Part shown: in pieces, positions 44,126 through 57,485 of the stretch
Layout of the letters: every line of letters begins with the position of its first letter
Numbering within the stretch: position 1 is the first letter of the stretch
Source of the DNA: the human T2T-CHM13v2.0 reference genome, Homo sapiens
Direction: 5' to 3' (one strand)
Assembly (NCBI RefSeq): GCF_009914755.1
Contig: NC_060926.1
DNA: 64,000 nucleotides
Notes under the pieces: generated by a model
What the model was told of the DNA's origin: nothing
Database searches by the model: none
What the model saw: only the letters and a program-made list of their open reading frames with translations
Position numbers and translations under genes: made by a program

Positions 44126-46804
44126 TCTAGTTAGAGGCAGGTTTCCAGCTATTTCCTTGGAAATGATGGGCTGCATGCAGTCCCCCTGAGGACCACACCC
44201 CAGGATGCAGAGCTCTCCTTGAGGCATGAGGCCTCAAAGCACATTTCTTTCTGTAGTAGGTTTTTTGCTGCACTGAAATTCAATTTAATCTAAGTAACAG
44301 AACTGTTCATCTATTAGAAATAAACGGGCCGGGCGCGGTGGCTCACCCCTGTAATCTCAGCACTTTGGGAGGCCGAGGCGTGTGAATCACTGGCAGTCAG
44401 GAGTTCGAGACCAGCCTGACCAACATGGCAAAACCCTATCTCTACTAAAAATACAAAAATTAGCCGGGCGTGGTGGCATGCGCCCTAGTCCCAGATACTT
44501 AGGATGCCAAGGGAGAATTGCTCGAACCCACGAGGCGGAGGTTGCAGTGATGCAGTTAGCCAAGACTGCAACACTGCACTCCAGCCTGGGCAACAGAGTG
44601 AGACTCAAAAAAAAAAAAAACAAAAAGCCAAAATGCTCATATGCCTAAAGATCCTCTGAAGAGTAATTGTTTTATTCCAGCCCTTTCAGATGTGGGTAGG
44701 TGGAATGAGAAAACCAGTCGTTCACTCTCCCCACAGTGGTTTGTTGCCACGCTGCTCACATCTCTAGTTCTTTAGGACAAAGAAGCTGAAGACAGGAAAG
44801 CAGTAATACCCAGGAAGCCAGAAGTGATCCCACTTTAAGTTTATTTCATGTGATTCTTCTTCTCAGCATGCAGTGAACTTTCTTGGGAAAAACTTTTCTT
44901 TGCTGCCCCAGTTTACATTATAAATTAATTTACAAATATAGAGTTGTGCTAGAAACAATATTTATATAAGTCCATGATATTTTCATATACAAAAATATCC
45001 ATAGAAACCGTTTTTTTGTACACATACTGTGGGAGTAGGTAGTCTTTGGTTGTCTTTCTGCATAATGTTAAAAAAGTAATGGTGATGTCATTTGTACCTC
45101 AATAAGCTGTTTAGAAAAATAATTTTCTGTATGTATATTTCAAAATAAAAAATTTTTAAAGTAATGCTGTGAGAGTCTCGGGGTGAAAAAATACCCAGGG
45201 AATTTTAAATTTTTTTACAATGTGCTTCTGTTCCTGTTTCTAAAAAAGTTAAAACCCCAAACTAGCCATGCTCACATCCAAAAACGTGGTACAAAGGCAA
45301 CTCATAGGACGATGAATTCATTTTTGTGGAACACCGTTCCCATAAATTTGACAACTACCTGCATTTTAATGAACACTTTTTGAATAAAAAATTTGTTTTT
45401 TGAGACAGGGTCTCACTTTGTCACCCAGGCTGTCATACAGTAGCATGATCTCAGCTCACTGCAGCCTCAACTCCCCAGGTTCAAGTGATCCTCCCACCTC
45501 AGCCCCCCAAGTAGCTGGCACTACAGGTGCACACCACCACACCTAGCTAATTTTTGTTATTTTTTGTAGAGATGGGGTTTCACCATGTTGCCCAGGCTGG
45601 TCTCAAACTCCTGGGCTCAAGTGCTCTGCCCGCTTAGGCTTCCCAAAGGGTTGGGATTACAGGTTTGAGCCACTGCGCCGGCCCTGAATAAATTCTGTCA
45701 TTCGGCAACTAGTGGATGAGTGTACTGGGCACTCTACTGGGCACTAGAAGGTTGCCCATAAAAATTATTCAAATGATACCTCTGAGAAGAGAGTGCTAAA
45801 ATAAATAAGATTAAATATATCTTTTTAAAAACTGACCACAAACGGTTTATTGTATTAAAAACTATAAAATCCCATTTCTTCATTGTTTTAAAAATATTTT
45901 GTAGACACAGAGTGTTGCTGTGCTGCTCAGGCTGGTCTCAAACTCCTGGACTCAAGCGATCCTCCCACCTCAGTCTCCTAAGTGTTGGGATTACAGGTGT
46001 GAACCATTGCACCTGGTCTAAAATTCCATTTAAGAGTTTTTTTTTGGCTAGGTGTGATGGCTCATGCCTTTAATCCCAGTGCTTTGGGAGGCAGAAGTGG
46101 GCAGATCGCTTGAGCCCAGGAGTTCAAGACCAGCCTGGGCAACATAGCGAAACCCCATCTCTACACAAAATACAAAAAAACTAGCTAGGTGTGGTGGTGT
46201 GCACCTGTAGTCCGAGCTACTCGGGAGGCTGAGATAGGAGGATGGCTTGAACCCAGGAGATTGAGGCTGCAGTGAGCTTTGTGTTTTTTTTTGAAACCCC
46301 CATAAAAAAAATTTAAAAAAAATTTAAAAAATTATTTTAAAATAAAAAAATTTAAATTTAAAAATTTACAAATTAAAAAGTTAAAATATTAATTCAAAAA
46401 TTTAAAAAATTAGCTGGGCATAGTGCACACCTGTGAGCCCAGCTACTGGGGTGGGTTGGGGGAGCTGAGAAGGGGCCACTGTTTGAACCTGGGAAGGTTG
46501 AGTCTGCAATGAGCCAAAATCTCACTACTGCACTTCAGCCTGGTTAAGAGAGGCAGACCGTCTCAAAAAACAAAACAAACAAAACAAAACAACAACAACA
46601 AAAAACCCACACACACACACAAAAGCTATTTTTAATAAAATTCTAATAATACTTTGTTAGAAAAGGAAACATCCAGGATATAAGCTAAAAGGGAGAGGAT
46701 GCCAGGCTAACCATTACAAACTAGGACAATTGTCACCCCAGATTTTGGACTATGGCAGCAGGATTCAGACAGAGGTGCCACCCAGGGGAACACACCAGAT
46801 GACT

Positions 46805-46810
46805 TTTATT
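46805..46810 (-). terminator. FOXI3: Proximal FOXI3 polyadenylation signal AATAAA (3'UTR ~1.4 kb)
   Basis: TTTATT on + at 46805-46810 is AATAAA on -, downstream of the stop and outside Alu tails. Cleavage is expected ~15-25 nt further, near 46785. Confidence 0.6.
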
Positions 46811-47416
46811 TTCAACTAGAATCTTTGGTCAAATGAGATCTAGCTCCATTCCTTCCCTCTATATACTTATAACTGGCTATGGAGGCTGGTTTCTTGGTTT
46901 TGCAGGAAGTAGAATACAGAAGTTACAAGCACCAGCTCTGGAACCAGATTGTCTGGGTCTGATCCTGGCTCCAGTTTACTATCAGTCTCACCTTGGAAAG
47001 TGGTCACAACTTTTTTTTAGCCACCTGTGCACATTTGAGCTTGCAATCCTGGTATACAGTGATGACTAAAATAGACAAAGTGACCTAACATCCTGAAGTT
47101 TCACTTCCCTTACATGGAAAATGGGGGGTAGTAACAATACCCACCACCCAAGGTTTCTGAGAGGATTAAATGAATACATGACAAGTGCCGAGAACAGTGC
47201 CTGGCACACAAGGCTGCTTGTGCCATTTTATTGCCATTAGAATATACCATGTACCAGACAGAGGTGATTTGTGAGCTGCCTATGCATAGCTCAAGGATTT
47301 GTGGTGTTGCCTAGGACAGTATGATAAACAACCAAAAAAAAATCTTCAGAGGCAAATGACACAAAGTTGGAGGTTTCCTATAAAAATTCAGATATCTGGC
47401 TCTTCTATAAAAATCA

Positions 47417-47710
<294 letters not shown>

Positions 47711-48045
47711 AAATCAGAATGCTGCCAGAGGAGAGAAAGAACCAGCTGTTCCCAGCAGCCTTCTACTAGTCAGTCCCAACTACCCTCTACTGCTTCAGTT
47801 GCCAACTGATGTTAGTTTTCTCACCCAGTAACTTCGTTGGCTTGTGTTTTTTTAGCCATCTGTACACACTTGAGCTTGCAATCCTGGCATACAGTGATAA
47901 ACAAAATAGACATGGTCCCCGCCCTCACGGGGCTCACAGGCTACCTATCACAGAAGACAGTGAAACGGATTTCTCTCTGGAGAGGCCCACATGCAGAGAA
48001 ACCTGTAAAAGCTCGCTGGGTTGTAGCAAGAGTTATCTACTACAC

Positions 48046-48204
48046 CCTCATTACTCCAAGTGTGGTCAAAGGACCACGAGATCACCCAGGAACTCGACAG
48101 AAACGCAGAACTCAGGTCCTACCCCAGACCTACTGACTTGGAATCTGCATTCTAATCAGCATGTGTGCACGCCTCAGGTGTGCATACTCAAGTCTGAGAG
48201 TCTG
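48046..48204 (+). mobile_element. MER5A1-like hAT MITE at the start of the FOXI3 3'UTR
   Basis: TACTCCAAGTGTGGTC..ATCACCCAGGAACT..AGAAACGCAGAA.CTCAGG..ACCCCAGACCTACTGAC..GAATCTGCATT..AAGTCTGAGAGTCTG; ~160 bp. Confidence 0.78.
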
Positions 48205-48206
48205 CT

Positions 48207-48829
48207 CTACACCTCGGAGCCCTCTCGGGGGTAGATGAGGCTGTTCACCATGCTAAAGTTGTGGAAAGGGCTGCTGAAGGGGCTGCTTTGCCCCCCGCTG
48301 GTGCTGGCAGGGAAAGGGCTGTAATAGGAAGATCTCTGGCCGGTGCTATTGCTGGTGCTATTGCTCAGTTGCAAGGTGTCTGCTGAGGCCTCTGAGATGG
48401 AGGTCGGGGAGAACACGCCGCTGGAGGGCAGCTGGGCCCCCTGGATCCCTAGGTGGCGGCTGCCAGGGAGAGCCCGCTGGGTACTCACACTGCTGCTGAC
48501 ACTCAAGGAGCTGAGGCTGCTGAAGAAAGTGTTGAGACAAGGGGTGGAGGTGAGCATGGGTCCTCCAGGAGATGAGGCAGTACTCTTGGTGCCCTCCGGA
48601 GGCTCTGGGGAGTGGGAAGGCCTCAGCAGAGTGGAGGGGCTCTCTTCTTCTGGCTTCCCACCCACTCCAGACCCCAATCCTGAGGAGAGCCCTTCTTCGG
48701 ACTTTGATGTCCCAGCAGCCACTGTGGAGCCATTGCTGGCCTCAGAGCGGCGCTTTCGCTTCCGACGGAAGTTCCCATTGTCAAACATTTTCTCGCAGTT
48801 CGGATCAAGAGTCCAATAATTACCCTTTC
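48207..48829 (-). CDS. FOXI3: FOXI3 exon 2 coding part: end of forkhead domain, NLS RRKRKRR, Ser-rich C-terminus
   Basis: Acceptor TTTCTCATCTTCTCAG|GA restores [28 protein letters not shown]. Ends with the FoxI-type tail [13 protein letters not shown] and TAG (48209-48207). 640+623=1263 nt = 420 aa plus stop. Confidence 0.97.
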
Positions 48830-51800
48830 CTGAGAAGATGAGAAAGACCAAGTTAGAGAAGGACCTATTCAATGCCTGTGTACTCAGCTTCATTTCTGGG
48901 AGGAGAGCAGACTCTCATTAGATGCTGACAAAGATGCTCAATTCACTCTAATATTCAAACCAATCCTCTTTCGGGGAAAATGTTACTCTTTGCTTCAGAG
49001 AAAAATCCAGAACAAAGATGTTCTGGCCACCTTTACCTCCTCCTGGTGGTGTCTACTACTTAAATCTGAAGACCTAATTCCATTTCTGAGACACTTATAA
49101 TTAAATCATGTAACACCTTCACTAATTCTAGATCCAAATTGTATGACCTTGCAAAGTCATGGAATTCTGATGCTACTTAAAGTTGAGCGTTAGACTGGGC
49201 CAACATAGTGAGATCTCGTGTCTACAAAAAAAAAAAAAAATTGAGCCTCCGTTTCTTTATTTATAAAATAGAGATAAGGATAGTACTAATTTAGTGGATT
49301 GACTGTGAGGATTAACTATTTCAGCATAGTAGCTGGCACAGAGTAAGCAGTGCAAAAACAGCACTTAACAATTATTATTCGTTGAAAGTGCATAATTCCC
49401 CACCTCTGAGAAAAATGCCCCACCAGACAAAGGCAATTTCAAAATGACAAAAAAAATTATTACTGAGCAACTGTTTTAACCATGCATTGGATGGCATAAA
49501 TTTTGAGTATGAGGAAGCTCCTGGAATCTACATCCCCTCCTCATTTTGGGCAGGACCTGCCCCTACAAATCCTGCAAATGTTTCACCCATTGGGTAAATA
49601 AATTTCAGACACCAGGGCCTCATTTTTCTGCATGTAATGCTAGTTTTGTTCTATTTGCCACAAGTGAGGTAGAAAAGATCTATCATCTTGGAGGATTTTA
49701 TCTCCCAAAAGCTTTTTTCACTTCTGGCAAAAGAATCCGATGTTTTAAAGTACTGTAGAATGCTTATCTTGTGGTAAGTGCTTTACACGGATAACCTCAG
49801 CTACTCCTCACAGCTTTATGGCGATAGGCAATATAACTCCTTCCACTTTTCAGATAGGAGAACTGGGGTGCAGACTGGTTAGTAACTTGTCATATTCCTA
49901 AGTTAGCCATGATAGTCAGGATGTAAACAGGCTGGCTCCAGACTCAGCATTTAAAAAAAAAATTATTTATTTATTTATATTCTCTGAGACTGGGTCTCCC
50001 TCTGTCACCCAGGCTGGAGTACAGTGGCGTAACCTTGGTTCACTGCAGCCTTGACCTCCTGGCCTCAAGCGATCCTCCCACCTCAGCCTCCCAGAGTAGC
50101 TGGTATGACAGGAGTATACCACTATGAATGGCTAAAAGACTCAGCATTCTTGCTGGGCGCTGGCTCACGCCTATAATCCTAGCACTTTGGGAGGCCGAAA
50201 CGGGTGGGTCACTTGAAGCTTAGCAGTTCGAGACCAGCCTGGATAACATGGGAAAAGCCCATCTCTACATAAAATACAAATTAGCCGGGCACTGTGGCAT
50301 GCTCCCGTAGTCCCAGCTACTTGGGAGGCTAAGGCAGCAAAATTGTTTGAGCTGGTGAGGCAGAGGTTGCAGTGAGATTGCGCCACTGCACTCTAGCCTG
50401 GGCGACAGGAGTGAAATTGTCTCAAAAAAAAAAAAAAAAAACCTCAGCATTCTTAACTAACCACTGGGCTAAGCCGCCTCCACTTGAACCACGTTCTGCA
50501 AATAGTTATAGGGAAAAAAATTACATAACTAGAATTTCAATAATATCTCCACCTATCTGGATATGTATATTGTGCCACGTTGGTACCAACTTTTTTGATA
50601 AAAAACTAGCCATAGACCCCTGACCTTTTAGAGTGAAGTCTAGAGCAGTTTACACGACAATTTACATGATAATCTTGGGTGGTACAGAAGCCAAATCCAG
50701 AGGATGCATCTTCTAGAACTGCATACCCTGCCCAATACAGTAGCCACTAGCCACGCATTATTATTGGGCACTTGAAATATGGCTAGTCAAATTGAGATGT
50801 AGTGTAAAATACACAAGGGATTTTGAAGACTTAGTACCGAGAAAATAACAAAGAATCTCATTAGTAATTTTAATATTTGTTATATGTTGAAACAATATTT
50901 TGGATTATTTAGTTTGTATCGTATTTCCATTGGAGAGTGCTGGTCTACAGTGACTTCAGGGATGAGCTCATTCTGAGCTCCAGAATAGTCACATAATTTA
51001 CACAAAATCCTGGATCTCTGTAATGTGCAACTAAAATGGTTTCATCTCTTTTCTCTTTTTCCTATCACAATCCCCTTTCCTTTCCTTGTTCTGGGTTCCT
51101 TCTGAAAACCTCAAGTAGGATTCTCTGTTTCTCTCTTCTTGTTAATCATTTCTCCACCTCTACCTCTCAGAGAAGGTTAACACTCACTCCACTGTAACAC
51201 AGACCTCCTCACTCCAGGAGCAATTGGGCTTAGACCAGAACGCAGCAAATATGGGATATTCATTTCTAAATTTCTAACTAGTTAAGGTACCCAAACTGCA
51301 ATTTGCAGAACCTCTCTGCTTAAAGTTCTCCCATCCCAGACCCCCGTCTCATGATGCCCGTGCCACTATCTCTAGAGGTAGGCATCGTACTTGCTCTATT
51401 CAGGACACAGCGAACCTCTCTGGAACCCGATGAGGAGGAAGTGCACCTAGGGACAGCCGGGCTGGACCCCAGTTCTCCCACCGCGTCTTCTGCGAAACGT
51501 GATGGAAATCCCAGCTCACACGGATCCCTTTATAACCATCCCTTATCTGAGAGCTCCCTTGTAAGTAGACCCTCCCTTCAAAAGGCCTAAGGAACACCAC
51601 CCAGGGGTAGCCTTCTGTTCTGGGATACAGATTTTTTTCGTTTCTCTAATTGGCCCGCCTCTGCGAATGTGGATGTAAAGGTCAAGCTCCTTTCTCACTG
51701 AGTCTTCCTTCCGAAGATCTCCTGCTCCTTCCCTTTGTCCTCTGGGTTGGGTGGTTATTCCTCCATCCGCTCCCACCCGCAGCCTGGACAAGAAGACTCC

Positions 51801-51895
51801 TGGCAGATCTTCCAGCCGCACACCGACCCCTGCGCCGGCCCTTGCGACCCGCGTCCGCCCTCCCCGGCTGGGAAGCACCTGCCAGCGGCCCTCAC
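48830..51895 (-). other. FOXI3: FOXI3 intron (GT-AG, 3066 nt)
   Basis: Canonical GTGAG donor and pyrimidine tract plus CAG acceptor; splicing joins the forkhead domain in frame. Confidence 0.95.
50722..50915. mobile_element. MER33/MER3-type hAT fragment in FOXI3 intron
   Basis: CCAATACAGTAGCCACTAGCCAC..GCACTTGAAATATGGCTAGTC..GTGTAAAATACACA..GATTTTGAAGACTTAGTAC. Confidence 0.7.
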
Positions 51896-52535
51896 CTGGG
51901 TCGTCCTCGTCGCGGGGCACCTTCTTGAAGCAGTCGTTGAGCGACAGGTTGTGGCGGATGGAGTTCTGCCAGCCGGCCTTGCTGCGCTGGTAGAAGGGGA
52001 AGCTATCGGCGACGAACTGGTAGATGTGGCTGAGAGTGAGTTTGCGCTCGGGCGCGCTCTGAATGGCCATGGCGATGAGCGCCGAATACGAGTAGGGCGG
52101 CCGCACCATCTTCATCAGGTCCTCGCGGCTGGCCATGGACAGCCAGCCCAGCTCCCCGGGCCCCGCGGGCGCGGCGGGCGAGGCGGGCGCGGCGGGCGCG
52201 GGCTGCGCGAAGGGCCGCTGAGAGCAGCCGAAGGTGCCGGCGGCAGGCGGTGGCTGCAGAAAGGGCCCGGCCGCGGCCCCGGGGGGCGGCGGCGGCGGCG
52301 GAGCGCCCAGGTACGCGGCGGCGGCTGCGGCGGCGGCGGAGGGCGGGCCTCCCACGCCGGGCCCGTTGAGCCACAGGTAGGGGTTGGCGGCGGCGGCCGG
52401 CGGCGCGGCGTAGTCGGCCAGCCCGTAAGGCGCCCTGGCTGCCGGGGGGGCGCCCGGGGCGGCGGCGGTGGCGGCGGGCGGGGGCAGGCCGGGCTGCGAA
52501 TACACTCCGAAGTTGTCGCCGCAGTAGAGGGCCAT
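51896..52535 (-). CDS. FOXI3: FOXI3 exon 1 coding part (aa 1-213 plus 1 nt): Ala/Pro-rich N-terminus and most of the forkhead domain
   Basis: Starts GCCGACATGG (strong Kozak) encoding [16 protein letters not shown]. The forkhead domain [69 protein letters not shown] begins at aa 145. Ends at donor CCAG|GTGAG (intron starts 51895, phase 1). Confidence 0.97.
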
Positions 52536-52689
52536 GTCGGCGGCCGTGGGCGGCTGCGGCGCGGCCGCGGCGAGGGGCGAGCGGGGCTGGTCTCGCCGCT
52601 CGGGCGAGAGCATCCCTTTGGGGGCCAACCCTGCGGCTCCGCCTTCACCCGCGCTGGGCGCCCGGTGCTCCGGGCCGGGGTCGGGCGGG

Positions 52690-52870
52690 TGCTAGCGGAG
52701 CGCCTGCTAGCCGGCCTCTTATAACCGAGCCCGGCGCGGCTCCTCCTGGGCCGGCCCGGAGCGGGGCGGTGGCCGCGGGCCTGGGCTCTCCACGCCCCCG
52801 CCACGCCCCACCTGCCCGCGCGCCCAAACCCGGAGCCCGCCCGCCCCGCCCCTACCGCCCCTCTGCCCGG
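52690..52870 (-). promoter_or_regulatory. FOXI3: FOXI3 core promoter: TATA box and GC/KLF boxes
   Basis: Minus-strand TATAAGAG at 52723-52716 predicts a TSS near 52690-52695. GGGGCGG at ~52763, tandem CCACGCCCC at ~52790-52810 and CCCCGCCC at ~52845. Confidence 0.8.
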
Positions 52871-54870
52871 GCCCGGGAGCGTCTGGGAGGCCGGCGCCTC
52901 CAGGTTTCGGGCAAAAAGCAGCACCCCATTCCTAGCCCACGTTTCTTAACATCATAATAAGTAAAGCCACGAATATTAAAGAGAAGATAACCCGAACAGT
53001 ACGAATGATTTCTAAAAAGTTAACTTGGGGTGGCCGCTCGGGCCACCTGCCTAGTCATCCTTTTGGCTTTTCTACCTCTTTCCTCCTAACCTTTTGTGAT
53101 CGAGTCGCGGAATTCACGTCCAGTCTCAACCGATCGGCTTCCAGTCGAAAATAATCGATGTGATTTACAACGCTTTGGGGTATACGGTAGAGGTTATTAA
53201 CAGGCCCGCTTGGCGTGTCCCCTTCTCCTCGGGGATTCTGTGATTGGAGGAACGGAAATCAGTGTTGAGTTTTTCTAACCAAACTGTAGGTTCGCTCACA
53301 TTCGGGAAGCATTTATTCGTTTTCTGTGCGGTTTGTACGGGCTTTCGTTGTGATTTGTTATCTTCAAAAACATAAAGGTGAATGTTTTCAAAGACATTTA
53401 AATAAGTACCTTCGGAATTAGCATTTTAAACCCGAAAGTTTCAAAGTTTTAAGTAATTTAAACTGTGCAAGAAGCGCTCATTTACAAAAACAGCCTCATC
53501 TAACGGGCAGGTCTATGACTTGCCCTCTACTTTTGCTAAGTTTTTTAATGCGTCTCCCTGCCTGGGAAACAAATAAAACCTGTAAAATACTGTGGCGACC
53601 TCACGTTCCACGTAATCATCCTCGATTGGCTGGAAACAACAATATGAAAATTGTTTATTTTACTATTAAAAGTATTCCTAAATGTGTTCTTAATACGTGA
53701 CAGGTCTGAGGTTTTCATTTAACCGAGAGGGAGAGGGCAAACGTTTTTTTCTATTTGCCAATTGCCGACTGGCAGTTCAGAATATTTAATCATTCGGAAA
53801 CTTCCCTTCTCCTCCAAGGCATTTATTTTCATGATGAAATTAGTTATGTATTTTGGAGGATTTTTTTTTCTTCTGGTGTGTCACCTCTTGAAAATGAAAT
53901 CCAAAAATATTTAATCAGCAAATTTGGATACCTAAAATGCAAATTACACTTCACATGTCACTATTTAGTCGTCTTTTCTGGGACCAGAAATAAATTATTG
54001 TCAACACTTTAAAGCACTGTTTCTATTCAGTCTCCTGGCAAATGCTGTAGAAAAGAATAGTGTTTGTCTTAATTGTCTTATTTTGGTTCAAGGATCTAAA
54101 ATGTTTTCATAATTTAGATAAGCCCAGTGTTGTTTGTTTTTTTCTTCCTAAATGGCCTAAAATGAAATGAATTTTTTTTTAAATAAGGATGACAACTATG
54201 AAAGGAAATTGGAAATTGGAAAACTTTTTTTTTTTTTTGAGACGAAGTCTTGCTCTGTTGTCCAGGGTGCAATGGCGCGATCTCGGGCTCACCGCAACTT
54301 CCACCTACGGAGTTCAAGCGATTCTCCTGCCTCAGCCTCCTGAGTAGCTGGGATTACAGGCGCCCGCCACCACACCCAGCTAATTTTTGTATTTTTAGTA
54401 GAGATGGGGTTTCACCATGTTGGCCAGGCTGATCTGGAACTCCTGACCTCCGATGATCCACCCGCCTCGGTTTCTCAAAGTGCTGGGATTACAGGCGTGA
54501 GCCACGGCACCCAGCTTGGAAAACATTTTAAAATAAGTTATAATACAAAAATTTAATATTTGTTCTTAAATGTAAAGGTCTAAACTAAAAAGAAATTCCA
54601 AAAGAAAAGCTGGGAACCTAGATGGCAATAAATTATGAAAAATTTGAAACCGTCTCCCTTTAGTAATTTATGTCCTTAAAAATATAATAATTTATCTTAT
54701 CTTTTAGCAGATTGCTTGCCCATACATACTTTGTAGTTTTTCTTTAGAGTCAAATTCTTAGCTCAATAGCTCCAAATTATTCTGAGTGAGAGACCATGAT
54801 GTCAGATTATTCTTTCTTGTTTTGATTAAAGTTTCTCCCTGCGTGGGGTATTTTGTTTCTTAACTGTATG

Positions 54871-54873
<3 letters not shown>

Positions 54874-54921
<48 letters not shown>
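54874..54921 (+). repeat. (TG)n microsatellite ~2.2 kb upstream of the FOXI3 TSS
   Basis: About 24 GT units. Confidence 0.95.
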
Positions 54922-54924
<3 letters not shown>

Positions 54925-55259
54925 CCTTAGTTTTATTTAAAAATGGCAGAGCCACCTAGCGACTCTTCACCTGTGTTACAGCATACATCTCTGTAGTGAT
55001 CTGTGGGGTGGACGCCCCCTCTAGGGGTTTGGAAGTTACATTTTCATATCTATTTTCAGTCACGTATTAATTAGATATATTTTTATTGGTCATAGCCTAA
55101 ATTATTGAATATCAAAATCAAAATAATGTTTTTCATCTCTGTTTTTTTAATTAAACAAAAAAAGCATTTGATGAGCTTAAATAAACAGATAAAAACTGTG
55201 TTTAAAATGCAAGTTCTCTGTAATAATGTTTTGTTAAATTGCCTTTTACAATATAATCA

Positions 55260-55574
<315 letters not shown>

Positions 55575-55640
55575 TCACTTGAGGTCAGGAGTTAGAGTTA
55601 GAGACCAGCCTGACCAACATGTTGAAACCCATCTCTACTA

Positions 55641-55877
<237 letters not shown>

Positions 55878-56529
55878 TTATTCAACCCAAAGAAAATATT
55901 TATTTTCCACTGCTGATTGGCAACATTCTTGTTGCTTCTTTGAAATGGCAGAGCAGCAATAGTGAATTATAATGGAATGTAGTCATTTTTAATAAATACT
56001 GTAATGGAATGTAAAATGTATTACAATCATTAATTTCCAGCATCCTAGAAATATTGGCACATTAGTGTTTGTTAATATTTTTACATATTTCCAAAGGAAG
56101 AAAACAGTAATACAAATTGAGAATAGCCTCAGTGCTCTTAACTTTGAATGGCTGCCAACTTGGACCAACATCATGCTGGGCGCAGAGTCAGTCCTTCCTG
56201 TCTCAGCACCGTGATTTACTCATATCTGTGAAAAAAAACCCCACAAATAGCAATCTACCCGTGTCTTCTGTCTAGCTTTCTACCTTGCACTAGTTAGTAT
56301 ACCTCTCTGACATCATCAAATATGTAAATCAGAAGCTCTTTGAAGATGAATCTTTGTGTGTAATTATTATTATTATTATATATTTTTTGAGACGGAGTCT
56401 CACTCTCTCACCCAGGCGCGGAGTGCAGCTCGGCTCACTGCAAGCTCCACCTCTCAGGTTCAAGTGATTCTCTTGCTTCAGCCTCGAGAGTAGCTGGGAT
56501 TACAGGCGCCCGCCACCACACCCGGCTAA

Positions 56530-56706
<177 letters not shown>

Positions 56707-57231
56707 TAAGCAAATATCAATTTTTGAAATATCAATATCTGTTGAATTAATAAGTGGCTACTTACAAATGCCTCATTGGAACAAAAATGAGCCTATTCAA
56801 GGAAGTGTAAAAGTACACACCCACAAAACAAACAAATCCCAAAATGGGACCTGGGAAAAATTTCTATAGCAAAAAAGAGTAGAAGCATTATCCAATTTTG
56901 GAGAAAATGCCCCACTCTGAAAATAATTTACTAGAGTGGTGGGAAGATTTTAGAAAATGTCTGCTTTTTGTTTTCAGTACAGCGTAAGAAAGTTTGGCCT
57001 TTATGAAACAAGACGTTAAGATAAGATGAAAAACAAGCAAACTTTGGTACAAGTAGAGATGAAAAAGGAGGTGAGAAAAGAATGCAAGAAAACTTGAATT
57101 GTGATAGAATACAGCTTTCAGAGTAAGAGACCAAAATATGTAAAGTTAATTAGTGCATTTATTGTTTTGAGGAAAGGATGCTTTATTTAAGGAAAGATGT
57201 TGCGATAACTGAAGCTGGATCCACTACCTGA

Positions 57232-57485
<254 letters not shown>

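Larger units (their letters stand above)
51640..53360. promoter_or_regulatory. CpG island over FOXI3 promoter and exon 1
   Basis: Very high GC and CpG density against a CpG-depleted background; CpGs persist into the more AT-rich upstream flank to ~53350. Confidence 0.92.

Noticed and set aside
46290-46412. AT-only tract resembling a satellite
   Set aside because: Expanded A-rich linker of an old Alu; simple slippage.
48343-48819. 158-aa plus-strand ORF
   Set aside because: Antisense shadow of FOXI3 exon 2.
51543-51895. C-terminal part of the 361-aa ORF ([13 protein letters not shown]...)
   Set aside because: Read-through into the intron past the GTGAG donor; the forkhead domain continues properly in exon 2.
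51735-52924. Long overlapping ORFs (329 aa on +; 269 aa and 123 aa on -)
   Set aside because: Stop-poor shadow frames of very GC-rich FOXI3 exon 1; low complexity, mostly non-ATG starts, no recognisable domain.
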